64,000 bases of DNA from Prasinococcaceae sp. CCMP 1430 (lineage: Eukaryota > Plantae > Prasinodermophyta): NCBI GenBank assembly GCA_013416795.1, contig RQSC01000026.1, positions 383,586-447,585 of the forward strand. The letters run 5' to 3'. The translations under genes and the position numbers were made by a program. Below are positions 1 to 11,828 of this stretch, piece after piece. Below the pieces are notes generated by a model that searched no databases, was not told the origin of the DNA, and saw only the letters and a program-made list of their open reading frames with translations. Every line of letters starts with the position of its first letter. The first letter of the stretch is position 1.

Positions 1-3000
1 TCCCCGTTGGACACAGCACTGCCGTCAACCTCAGAAGGCGCGGCCTCTTCGGCAGGCGCGCTTGCGATGAGCTGCACGACCTTAACAGTCTTCTGGCCGC
101 GCCAAAGCGCCACCTTCGGCTCTGCCTCGGCAGCCTCATCTTGGCTGCCTTTGCTCTCGGCCTCGCTCCTCGAGAGGCCGAGCGCCTCGACGATGATCCC
201 GGCGACCAAGAGCGCCAGGCGCTTCGCCCGCTCGTGTGGCTCCTCGCCATCATTATCGTCACATGCCAGACTCTCGCAATCGACACCCGCGAATACCGCG
301 CCACCAGCGCATTCTTCGGTGCCCAGGCGCCAGCTGACGGCCTGCACGAGCACGTCCCGCCCCACGCTCCCCTCTGCAGGCACGTCGGGCAGCTCGGCCG
401 CCGGTGGCTTCGGGGAAGCACCTGCCTCCGACTGCGCCGCGACGTCCACACCGCCATCCTGGCTGCCTTGCTCCACGTCAGCGCCTCCTTCGGCGGCTGC
501 AGTCTCCGCTCTCTCTCTCTCTCTCGCCGCCGCACGCAGCGCCTCAAGGCAGCTGTCGACAGTGAGCACCCGCACCGAGTATTTTGCCGCGATAGACGAC
601 GCCACCTCGACAACTGTGTCGCGGTCATATCCGTACACGATCGCGTTGACCGGGTCGTCAGCCGGAAGCTCGGGGGAGGCAGGCTGCTCGAGCTCCCCGA
701 TGCCATCCGCGGCCTCCTCGGTCGCAGTGGCAGCTGGCTCGTCGCTCTCATCTCCACCGGCGGGCTCCTCAGTGGCGCCCTCGCCATCGGCCTTCGCCAC
801 GCCCTCCTCGCCCTCGCCATCCTCGGCACTGGCCTGTTCTGCAGCAAGCGCGGCAGCCGCAGCCTCCTCAGCAGCCTTGGCCTCTTCGGCAGCCTTGGCC
901 TCGGCCACTTTCTTCACCGAGTAAGCCTTGGCGATCTCATCCCAGAATGGCTGGCCAGGCTCGCGCGGTGGCAGGAGCATTTTGCCCTCCTGGTAGCCCT
1001 CCATACACCGCAGCATCTCCTCTTCCTCTAGGTACTGCTTGTCGGTGTCCAGGCAATACACCTCGATTGGCACGTCCAAGTCATTGCACAGGCGCAACTG
1101 CTGCTGGGCCGGCTCGGCGTCCGGGAGGATCGCCCCGATATCCAGCAAGGGCGGGTCGAAGCGCATGCCCAGAGAGAAGCTGGTGCCGCGGCAGGTGACC
1201 GCAACCATGCGCGGATTGTGGCTCACCTTGAATGGCACGCGCTGGAGGTAGCTCTCCCTGCCGGCCACCGGCTCAAATGCGAACTCCACATTGAGGCGCT
1301 CGCCCGGCTGCAGCGTGCCTTTGTTTGGCCTGGCCTGGAAGAAACTCCAGTCATTGGCGCTGTCCATGGGGCGCTTCACCGTCCACTTGCATGGCACCTC
1401 CTTCGGGTTGTGCAGCTGAAGGGTGACCACCTTGCACCGCCCAGCTTGCACCAAGCCAAAGTTGACAGCCTCGGTCGAGACTGTTAGGTCCGGCACGGTG
1501 ACGTTGGCACGCAGCGTGACCAGCACCGTCGGGCCGCCACGGATCTCGATGGGCAGCACGCACTCGATCTGACCAATGGGCAGGCTCGCGCCGGTAGTTT
1601 GCAGCGTGACCGTCATGTCGACACTCTCGTGGTCGGGCGCGCCGGGCAGGCGGAGCACGGCCTTGGGCTCAAGCGAGAAGCCGTACGACGCGAGCACGTG
1701 CTTCTCGATGTTCAATGTGACGGGGTGGAGCCCGGTGTTTGTCAGGCGGAAGCTGCGTTTCTTGTGCGTCCCCTTGATGACGTTTCCGAAGTCGAGGGTG
1801 TAGCGCGACAGCACCACGCGCTCCCGGGGCGGGTGGCGGATCTTGCGCGTCGCGGGCGGCGCCACGCGGCGGCCAGACGAGCGGCTAGGCGCAGATGCAA
1901 GCGTGCCCGACGACAATCCGCCGCGAACCTCTCGCTGCACCACCGACCTGCGGTCAGGCGCGCGGGCAGCCGCGCGCTGTTGCTCCTGCTTGAGCAAGAA
2001 GGCCTTCATGGCTAACCTATCAGCCTCGGCCTCAACCTCATACTGCGACGGCGTGTACGTGGGCTCCTCCGCCTCCTCCGCGGCCCCCTCCTCCGACACA
2101 AGAATCTCCGCGGGCCCGGCGTCGTCGAGCGAGGGCGACGTGGGCCCCACACGCTGTGGGGACAACGGGCGTATGCTGCTGCCTGTCTTTGACTCCCTGT
2201 CAACCACGCGCATCGGTGCGGGCACCTGGCGACGCGGGCCACCACCCTGCAGTAGCCGGTGCGCTTCGAGTAGCATCTCCGAGTACGCATCGTCGACGGT
2301 GCGGGCGAGCGAGAGCTCGATGGACGGGTAAATGGCCTCACCCTGCACCGTGACGCAGTGCGGGGCGAAGTGCGCCACCTCGATATGAAAGGTCTCCTCA
2401 ATGGCGTCGGGGACGCCCGGATTTATCTGGACGGCTAGCTTGGCCTTTCCGCCAGCTTCGAGGTGGCCCACGCTAGGGCTCACGTCCACCACCCCCGGGC
2501 GAGATAGCGACTTGAGGTTGACCGCCCAGTCGAACGCGACACGGCCGTTATTCGAAAGCACGAGCTCCTTGGTCACCGTCTTGTTGAAGGCCGCCACGCC
2601 GAATTCGATCGTGGACTTGTCAAGCGCGAATTTGACGTTGCTGCTCTCGGCCTCGAGCGCGACCTCGTACTCCGCCCCCCCCTCCACCTGGCAGACAGCA
2701 ACCGCTGAGCACTTTGAATTGGCGTGCGCGTAGTACGCAAATTCGACCACTTCAGATTCGCCCGGTTGCAGCACCGATCTGAGGGGCAGGATGTCGAAAA
2801 AATCGCTCGGCGGCATGACGGGCCCGCGTCCGCCGGTCTCGTCCTGGTCGTGGAAGGCCCAAGCGTACGTGGCGGGCACGCGCGACGTGTTGGTCAGGGT
2901 CAGCTCCTCCCGGCGCGTCGTGTCATTGAGAACACATCCGAATGCAATGCCAGCCTTGGACAGGCTCAGGTTGGGAAAGTTGATCTCGCCGGTCACGACA

Positions 3001-6000
3001 ATCGACTCGCGATGCGGGTTGTCCGAGTATACCACGTCGATCTTCGAGGTGTGAACGGTCGACTCACGGCCTTGGCTTCCGCCGGCGTCGAAACACACAT
3101 TCACGGTGGCAGCCTCCTGCGGCTCAAGTACCCAGTCGGGGCGGTCCACAGCGAAGGGCGCCGACGCCCGCAGCGCGAATTGCAGCGGCAGCTTCGACTG
3201 GTTGCGCAGCGTGAGCGGGCGCATGAGCGGTTGCACCGCCACGCCCGCCTCGTACGAGTACGCGAAGCCAAGCTCGGCTGAAGAGTACTCGAGCAGGGGC
3301 ATCGCCACGTCCGCCTTGAATTGCAGCGAGTAAATGGTCTTGGTGACCTTGCCGATGGTCGAGTGGCACTCGATTGCCTCAGACACCTGGGCAGGCACAG
3401 TGCCGTTGCCCATGAAGGTGAATACGGCGCTCTGCTTGGGCTTGATCGACGCGCGCTCGGGGTGAACACTGAAGATGATCTCCGACTCCTCGATAGCCGG
3501 TTCCCTTTTGCCGCTCTTGTCCCTCCTCCTCGACGAGCTCTTCTCCAACCTCTGCTGTTCCAGGGCTGTCATATTAAACCACTGCAACGTCTGCGCGCGC
3601 CTGCTGTTGTTCACGAGCACGAGCTCCTTCGAGAACGGCCTGTTCGTGAACTGCGCGCCCAAGTCGACTGTGTCGCCGCCGATCTCGCTGCAAGTGATCG
3701 TGCTGCCGGTGCCCATCGCCCCCAGAGCAATGGCACTGTCGGTGCCCTCCACCACCAGAACATTCAGGGTATCCTTGGCGCGTGTGGTGTCGTCGAGCGA
3801 CAGTGTCACAGTGATCGGCGCGGACTCGCCGGGCGCAAGATGCCCCTCGCGCAGGTCCACATCGAAGGCGGAGTCCTTGCCGCTGATGAAGGTCTTGAAC
3901 TCGGCGGGGATGAGCGAGTGGTTGGTCACCCACAGCACGCGCGAGTGCTCCTTCAGGACCTCGACCTTGCCAAAGTCCACATCGTTGCACGTGAGCTCGT
4001 CTTCGCGGTCCGCGGACATCTCGGACTCCTCCAGCGCGCGCGTAGGCTCCACGAGGCCAAAGTCAAGGATGGGCCCACGGCTGCACGCAGCAATGGTCAC
4101 CTCCAGCGGCTTGCCATCCATGCCGATGATGCGCACGTACATCGGCAGCTGGATGCCACCGCCGCGCTCGGTCACGAGCGTGACGTCGACCAACTGTTCA
4201 CCGTGCGCCGGGATGGTGCCTCGCTGCGCGCTCGCCGTGAAGACGGCCAGCCCCTTCGACTGCTCGTCCTGCGGCACGACCTCGAACTTGGCGGGCAGCA
4301 TGGACTCATTCGTGAGGCACAGCTGTAGCGTGTATGGGTGGCGCAGGAAGCAAGTGCCATAGTCGAGCTGGTCTGTGTGCATCGCGATGCGCGGCACCAG
4401 GCAGTTCGCATCAATGGGGACCTTGACGAGTCCCTCGCCCACGCCAGGCACGTCGAGCTGCATCTCGTAGCCCCCGTAGCGCTTCACGGTGCTCGGCACG
4501 AGCTCTACCGTCACGCACTGGCGCCCGCGCGGCGGAATGCTGCCCGAGGAGGGCTCGATGGTGATCTCGCCCTCGGTGTCCTTCGGGCAACGCAGCTCGA
4601 AGCGCATCGGGATCTCTGACGTGTTGAGAATGGACAGCGACTTCGTGTAGCTGAAGCCGCAGCTCACCGTCCCAAAGCACAGCTCGTGCTCGTCCAGCAC
4701 GAACGTGGGGCCAATTATCCGCCCCTTTAGGTCCAACGTGAGCATTTCCGACGCGCCCGTGATGGCCCAAAGAAAGTTCTCCGAGAACTCGCCGAGGCGA
4801 TCGCTTGCAAAGGTCACCTGAATGGTCTGCACCTCGGCAACGTCGAGGACGCCGCTCGACGGCTCGAAGGAGAACTTGGTGCCGAACTCCGTCTCGGGCG
4901 GTACGAGGCTGAATTCCGCCTCAATCTCGCCGCGATTTTGCAGCTCCACCTCGTACTGGTGTACCGAATTAATGAATGTATCACCCACGTCCAGCACGTC
5001 ATAGCTGAATATGGCCTTCGGGCCGACGCCCTGCGCCCTCACCGCCAGTGGCAGGCGCGCGGACACGCCCCCGACCTCGCAAAACGCTACTTGCTCGTAC
5101 ATGTGTGGTCCCACCGGATGGAACGTGACTGTCACCTCGGTACGCGAGTGTGGCCATACTTCGCCCTCCAGAGGCGACACGCTGAAGCCCTCGCTGTCAA
5201 AGAGCAGCTTGTCGGTATCGACTTCCACACGACACTGGCGATACTTCTCTTCCAGCTGGCTCCACGGATTGTTGAGCACCATGCATTCGTCTTCGTCCTC
5301 GTCCTCCACCTCGTCATCGACGCGACGCACGCCAGCGGCTTGGAGCTCGGCCCCCTCCACTTCCTCCGCCTCGTCGAGTTCCTCGAGGATCTGCGCCCGC
5401 GCGATCTCCTCCTCATTCGCGCTGGCGAATTGCCGAAAGCTGAAGCGCACGCGCTCGTCCGAGTCGTTCACAACGGTGAAGGTGCGCTGACTGGCCTTGT
5501 GAATAAATGTCGGCAGCAGTTGCAAGGCGGATGCGCTCAGCTGCACGTTGGTGTCCACCGCGCTGCCCACCAGCTCAGCCACCACGCGCTCGCCGTTGGT
5601 GAATGATACCTCGAGCTCGCCGACGTAGCTGCCCTTGGTCGGCGGCACAAGAGAGATTGTGACCCGTAGCGTTCCCCCCACTGCGAGCTCGCCGTAGCGC
5701 GGGCTGACCTCGAATGGCGCCGACGTGTCGAGGTCGAAGCGAGCCTCCGCCGTGCCAACGTTGCACACCAGGAGCTGCCGCGTGACGCGCTGCTTGCTGG
5801 CGCCCGCTGGGAGCTCGAGTCTGTCGGGAATATCGAGCGCGGGCTTGCAGCCACGTGCGCGCACGGGGACGACAAACTTCTCGCGCTCTGTGACCACCAC
5901 GAGGTCGCAGGCGTAGTCGCCAGCCCCGTCGGGGGTGAATTGGATCGTGTACGCGACGTCCATGCCCGCAGCAACCTTGCCCGTGCCCCCCAGCCGCTCC

Positions 6001-6592
6001 TGCGCCTTTATCCGGAAGTGCGCGGCGTTCTCCGGCGCGAGCACCTTCACGCGCCGTGCGCAGCTGTCCGAATTGCGCAGCAGCAGCACCGCCTCGTAGG
6101 TGCAGAACGGCGCGTGCGAGTGGAAGTCAACCTGCGCCGGCACGGGCTGGAAGAGCGGCACGTCCACGGGCACCGACGAGCGCGTCTGGTGCGTGTAGTC
6201 GGCCATGCTCAGGTACTCCAAAATCTGTGGATTGAGCGGCCCCGTGCGGACGGTAGCCGACGCCTCCGGCATCCTTATCTCGCGCAGCAGCGTGCTCGGC
6301 AGCTTGCGCTGGGCAGCCAGTGTCCACGGGGGGAGGGAGCGAGCAGCGGAGCGGGGCAAAGTCGCGTCAGCGCAGAGGACGACGTAGGCGGCGAGCACTG
6401 GCGTTCCCAGCCCCTTTCACATGCGAGCGAGCGAGTGAGCGCAGCCTGCTACAGCGTGCGCGGCACATGCGACCGCAGAGCCCGGTGCCATCTCACCGCT
6501 CGCTGCGCAGCGAACGGCGGCGGCGGCGCGTGCCCGTCTGGGCGCAGGTGCGAGCGGCGCCAGGCGCGGCGGAGCGCGCCAGACCGGGCCAT
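1..6592 (-). CDS. HYDIN: Hydin, axonemal central-pair protein (5' part; runs off the left edge of the window)
   Basis: Not in the ORF track because there is no stop in the window. Manual minus-strand translation gives about 2100 codons in one frame. It includes KLPSTLLREI..PQILEYLSMADYTHQ..PLFQPVPAQVDF, repeated ASH/PapD-like Ig repeats (LDFGNVIKG, VNFGLVQAG, IEFGVAAFN) and the EVYCLDTDKQYLEEEEML motif. Predicted exon 1 is 6592-6497 (GTGAGA donor), with an intron 6496-6309 (GCTGAC branch, CAG acceptor). Exon 1 is less certain than the rest. Confidence 0.93.
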
Positions 6593-7808
6593 GCCGCGCC
6601 AGACTGAGCCGAGCCAAGCTCGGCCAGGCGGAGCTCGGACGGGCCAGGCCGCGCGGCGCGGCCGCCGAAGTGGCCTAGCTTCCGCCGACTGGCCGTGCTG
6701 GGCGCGTGCTGCCGCTGACCGTGGAAGCAGCGACAGAAACGGAGCGCGGAGGTGCAGACGCGCCTGAATGGCAGGAGAAAAAAAAAAAACACGCGCGCGT
6801 GCGCACGCGCGCCTGCGTGCCCCCGGTGCCCCTCCCCCCGGCCTCGCCCCCGCCTCCCTCCACCGCGATGAGGCCTACAGCTCGTCACCGCCTCCGAGGA
6901 AGGGGTTTGAAGGTCGAGGCGACGCGGGGTCCGTGCTCGGGGACGAGGGGGCCGCAGGCGCGCGCGCTCGCTTGCGCTCGCGCGTGGGCATGAATCGCGC
7001 TGGCAGGTTCCGTTTCCGCCCGTTCCGCGATTCGATGCGCCCGCATCCGGCGGCGTCGCCGAAGCACAGGCCCGCCCCCTTCCCGCCCCGCCGCGCCGCA
7101 CCTTTTCGGGGCTGCCACCCTCGACGGCCGCCGTCCGCCCCGGCAGCGTCGCCGCTGCTGCGCCGCCGCCCGCGCCGCGCCCTCCGCGCAATAAGCTCAT
7201 CCACGGCGGTGTTGTCCCGAGCGCCTCCGGATCCGGCGCGGCCCCGCCCCGCCGGTCAAACGCCGCCGCATGCGCGCGAACCTACAATGCAGACCCTGAA
7301 GACACATCCGAATGTGACAAGACCCACAAAAGAGCAAAAACACCCAAATGCGCCGCTCGATCCGCACCCACCCGAAACCTCCCATCCCAACCCCCCCGGT
7401 CGGTGGATCGGGACCGCCACCGGCCACCCAGAAAAACCATACGCGTCGCGCGCGGCACAGCACGGCACACCCACTCTCCCTCCTGTTACCGTGCTTGGGT
7501 CTGGGGAGCCAAGCATTCAGGGTTTGCAGGAGAAGAGTTAGCGGTTCGGGGATCGCTCTAGCTACGAAGCTCAGAGACATCTCATACCGTAAAGACTTCA
7601 TTTACACCCGCCGACGGCGCCTCGCTGCAGCGGCGGGGGTGCGGAAAGTCTCTATGAGTAGCCTGGGTAAAACTGGGCGCCCTGGCGAAGCGGCGCGCGC
7701 TGGAACGATTTTTAGGCGGGCGTAAATCCGCCTGGCGAGGCGAACGATTTGAATGCTCACCTCTGTATGGCATCGTGTGAGGTCCAAGCTAATCATGGAT
7801 GGAATGAT

Positions 7809-10634
7809 ATGATGGGTGGGCGGAGAGGAAGCGGAGGAGCGCAGCGCGGCGGCCGGATCCGCGCCCCCCTCGTCTCCGGCGCGTCTCGGGGCCGCCGCGC
7901 CGCCGCCGGGGGNNNNNNNNNNNNNNNNNNNNNNNNNNNNNNNNNNNNNNNNNNNNNNNNNNNNNNNNNNNNNNNNNNNNNNNNNNNNNNNNNNNNNNNN
8001 NNNNNNNNNNNNNNNNNNNNNNNNNNNNNNNNNNNNCGCGCGGCGGCCGCGGGCGGCGGGGGCGGCGGCGATGGCGGCGGCGACCTGAGCGGCCTCGCAT
8101 CGGACCTAGGGCTAGGATCGTCGGGGCAGGAGCGCTTGGAGGGCCAGATGGACACGCCCACGCTCTCGCCGTCCAAGCACCGCCGAGCCAAGCCGCCAGC
8201 GCACGAGCGCAAGGACCGCTCGACGCCCTTCTACGGCCGCACGTTCCAGCCGTGGGCGGCGCCCGAGGCCAGGCTCGAGGTCACGCGCGAGGCGATGCCG
8301 CTAGAGGAGCTGGTGGCCGCCGCAGGGCTGGAAGTTGTGGCCCTCGAGGGCGACGCGCGTGTGCCGGTGACGGGCGTGTGCTCCGACAGCCGCGCGGCGC
8401 GCCCCGGGGAGCTCTTTGTGTGCGTGCGCGGCCTGCAGGTCGACGGCCACCGGTACGCGCGCGCGGCGCTCGACGGCGGCGCAGTCGCGCTGGTTGTGGA
8501 GGAGGGCGTCGAGGTGGAGGGAACGGCGCCCGCTCAGGCGGTGCTGCGCGTGAAGTCCACCGAGGACGCCGCGGGTGCGCTCGCGGCCGCGTTCTACGGC
8601 TTCCCTGGAGACAAGCTCGCCGTGGTGGGCATCACGGGCACCAACGGCAAGACCACCACCGCGACGCTCATCGCGGGCATGTACGAGCAGCTGCTCATGG
8701 GGTCGGCCAACCTGGGAACGGTGGGCATCAACGTGTGCGGCGAGATGTACCCGTCGACGCACACCACGCCCGACGCGATCACGATCCAGCAGGTGCTCGC
8801 GGCGGCGGCCGAGCGCGATGCGGCCGCGGCGGTCATGGAGGTGAGCAGCCACGCGCTCGCGCTCGGGCGCACGGACGAGGTCGACTTCGACGTGGCAATC
8901 TTCACCAACCTGACGCGCGACCACATGGACTTTCACGAGACCGAGGAGGACTACCTCAATGCCAAGCTCAAGCTCTTCCACGGCCTGGACGACCCGCAGC
9001 GCCAACGCGCCATCATCAACGTGGACGACCCGCACGCGCAGGCGTTCATGGACGCGGCCGCGCCCGTGCCCGTCATCCGCTTCTCCATGCGCGCGGCGGA
9101 CGCCGGCAGCAAGCACGCCGACGTCTACCCCAAGCGCGACGCCCCCAAGCAGCTGTTCGAGGAGGAGCTCGAGCTCGGCGCGGACGACCCGCGCCTGCAG
9201 GAGGTGGACTGGCAGGGCAATCCGCTGTACGAGTTCGTGCCCGCGAGCAGCAGAGGGGTGGCGCCGCCCAAGATGACCCCTGACGAGCTGCTTGACGACA
9301 TGGAGGAGTCGCTGGCGGCGCGAGAGACGCGCAAGGAGATCCTGCGCACGTACCCGCCAGGCTCGCCCGAGTACGAGGCGGTGCTCAAGGAGGACACTGA
9401 GGCCTTCAAAGCTTCAGAGAGGGAATTTCTCGCCATGCAGCTCGAGGGCGCCGCCATGGAAATGGACGAGACCGCCACCGACCCCAAGGCGCGCGCCAGC
9501 GAGTACTTGCGGTACAAGGCGATTGACTGCAAGCTCTTCGACACGCGCGTGGACATGTGGACTCCCTCGGGCGACGTGAGCGTGCTGAGCGGCCTGTTGG
9601 GGCGCACCAACGTGTACAACCTGCTGGCGGCAGTGGCCTTCGGCGAGGCGGTGGGGTTCAGCAAGGAGCAGATTGAGACTTCTATTGAGGCGATCGATGG
9701 CGTGCCGGGGCGCTTCGAGCTGGTGGACGTCGGCGAGGGCGAGCAGGACTTTGCGGTGATCGTTGACTACGCCCACACGCCCGACGCGCTGGAGCGCGTG
9801 CTCCAGTCCGTGCGCGAGATCGATGATTGCGGGCGCGTCATCACCGTGGTGGGTTGCGGCGGTGACCGCGACCGCGGCAAGCGCCCTGAGATGGGGCGCA
9901 TTGCGTGGGAGAACAGCGACATGGTCTTCTTCACCAGCGACAACCCGCGAACCGAGGAGCCGCAGTGGATTCTCGACGACATGATGATGGGGGTGCGTGC
10001 ACGCGCGCGCTCGCGCTTGCGCTTGGCGCGGCCGGCGCGATGGAGGGCAATCCCGGCCTTTCTGCCGGCGCGTTGCTGCGCTGCGCCGCTGACGCCGCGC
10101 TGTGCCAAATGCACCCGCACCCCGCTTCGCGCAGATCGACGTGGAGAAGTACGAGCCCGACTACGAAACCGATCCGTCGCAGTGGAAGGCGCAGAAGGGC
10201 AAGCACGCCGGGCACGTGTGCCAGTACTTCGACGTGGTTGACCGCGAGGACGCAATCCGGCTGGCGGTGCTCGCGGCGAGCACGCGGGACGTCGTCGTCA
10301 TTGCCGGTAAGGGCCACGAGGACTACATCGAAATTGGGACGACCAAGTTCCACTTCGATGACCGCGAAACAGCCGCCAACGCCATTCGCTTCGCGGAGGA
10401 AACCAAGGAGGTCATGCCGTGGCTGCGCGGCAAGTGGGAGTATCCCATGGTCTTCGACGGTGCGTTACGCCTCGCTCGCGCCGGGTCGTGCGACGGCGCG
10501 CACAACATTCCGCGGCCATTTTTGCTCGCTTGCTGCGCACGCCGCGCGCGTTGGCTGACGCTGCGCGCGCCTTGCTTTCCTCCACCAACGCGTCCCCTCC
10601 TCGTCAAGATATGGACGCGGTTGACGACGCGTAG
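7809..10634 (+). CDS. MURE: Plastid-type MurE (UDP-MurNAc-dipeptide:meso-DAP ligase family; PAP11/MurE-like), 3 exons
   Basis: Motifs [10 protein letters not shown] (P-loop), [53 protein letters not shown]. The Arg/Gly/Ala-rich N-terminus is transit-peptide-like and is interrupted by an N-gap. Introns 9993-10134 and 10460-10608 have GTGCGT donors and GCTGAC branch points. TGTAA at 10673. Confidence 0.93.
7913..8036. other. Assembly gap (N run) within the MurE 5' region
   Basis: Run of N. Confidence 1.
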
Positions 10635-10782
10635 AGCCCCAGCCGCCCGTGGCAGCGGGCTACGCGGCGAGCTGTAATCCGGCCTATTCGAGACGTGCAC
10701 AGCCCAACTCGTTCACACTTTACATGATCTGGCGCCCGCCCTCGGAGAGCGTGGGCCACCCGCTCGCCCGCCGCCGCCGCTG

Positions 10783-11802
10783 CTAGGCCTCGGCCAGCGT
10801 CAGGCGCAGTATCTCCCTCACATTGGACGCACCATCCGCCTTGCGCCATACCGTCGTGACGCGCAGGCCGGCCTTTGTGGCCGCCTCGGTGAAACCCCGC
10901 GAGCTGCCGCCCACCCCGAAATAGTGGCTCTTGCCCGCGATGAGCGCCTCGGCGGGCCGCGCGCCGTCGCGTGCAAGCACGCCGGCGATGGTGGTCGCTA
11001 ATGTGTCCATGGTGGCCTCGTTGTACCAGAGCTCGGCGCCTAGAACGAGGTCGTAGCCCTCGCGATGCAGCACCTCGGCCGGTGCGCCCTCCCCGCCGCG
11101 CATGCTCAGCACGGCTGATTCCCAGCTACCGGCAACGTATCGCACAGCCGCGTCGACGCTGCTGAAGGTTTGAGAGTTTGCCTCGATTGCGGGCGCCGTG
11201 ACGCCGACGAGCACCTCCGGGTTGAAGTCCTGCAGCGTGAGAGCCGACGCGCCATGGTGCGCTGCGACAAGCGCGGGCAGCGCGTGGCCGCAGCCGAGCT
11301 CCAGCACGCGGGCACTGCGCAGGGCGCCGCCGATCGCCCCGCCAGCGTCAGCGCCGCCTGCCTCGGCCTCGGCGCCGCTCTCCCTCGCGTGGAGGTACCT
11401 GGCGAGGTCCACCGAGCCCTCCCACAGCTTGTATCCACCCTCATAGACGCCGGGAACCAGATCTGCGCCGCGCTCCGCCGCCTCGGCGCCGCCGCCGCCA
11501 GCCTCGTGCGCATCCACGTCGTCGACGTTCGCCTTCCGCAGCAGCAGCTGGTCGCCAATCTCGACCGCCCCCTCGATGGGGTCGAGGTCGCTCAACAGGG
11601 AGGCAGCGGTCACATCGGCGGTAACGTCAGCCATGGGCGCCGCGGCTGCCTGCTCGCGCAGGCGGCGCTCGGCCTCCTCGCCCCCCTGCTGCTGCGGCTG
11701 GTCCCGCTGCTGCTCGCCGCCGCCGAGCGCAAAGCCGAAACAGAAGCCGCCGCCCTCGCCACCCTCGCCCCCGCTGCGCGCGCCGCCGCCGCCGGCACGC
11801 AT
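10783..11802 (-). CDS. METTL18: Histidine protein methyltransferase 1-like (METTL18/Hpm1 family) SAM-dependent methyltransferase
   Basis: Motifs DLVPGVYEGGYKLWEGSVDL, VLELGCGHALP, QDFNPEVL, YDLVLGAELWY, AGKSHYFGVGG, GASNVREIL. The start may be 11802 or the downstream MADVTAD Met. A minus-strand TGTAA is at 10720-10724. Confidence 0.85.
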   Translation of the reverse strand: MRAGGGGARSGGEGGEGGGFCFGFALGGGEQQRDQPQQQGGEEAERRLREQAAAAPMADVTADVTAASLLSDLDPIEGAVEIGDQLLLRKANVDDVDAHEAGGGGAEAAERGADLVPGVYEGGYKLWEGSVDLARYLHARESGAEAEAGGADAGGAIGGALRSARVLELGCGHALPALVAAHHGASALTLQDFNPEVLVGVTAPAIEANSQTFSSVDAAVRYVAGSWESAVLSMRGGEGAPAEVLHREGYDLVLGAELWYNEATMDTLATTIAGVLARDGARPAEALIAGKSHYFGVGGSSRGFTEAATKAGLRVTTVWRKADGASNVREILRLTLAEA

Positions 11803-11828
11803 TCCTGCTGCTGAATCGCGGCGCACAG

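Noticed and set aside
7-6207. Many plus-strand ORFs over HYDIN, and the many other overlapping antisense or alternative-frame ORFs in the track
   Set aside because: They are shadows of real genes in a ~70% GC genome where stops are rare. Their translations are R/A/P/G-rich and motif-free.
9132-9515. Intein or retained intron as the explanation of the MurE insert
   Set aside because: There is no Cys/Ser start, His-Asn end or LAGLIDADG motif, and no obvious donor/acceptor pair. Codon usage is coding-like.
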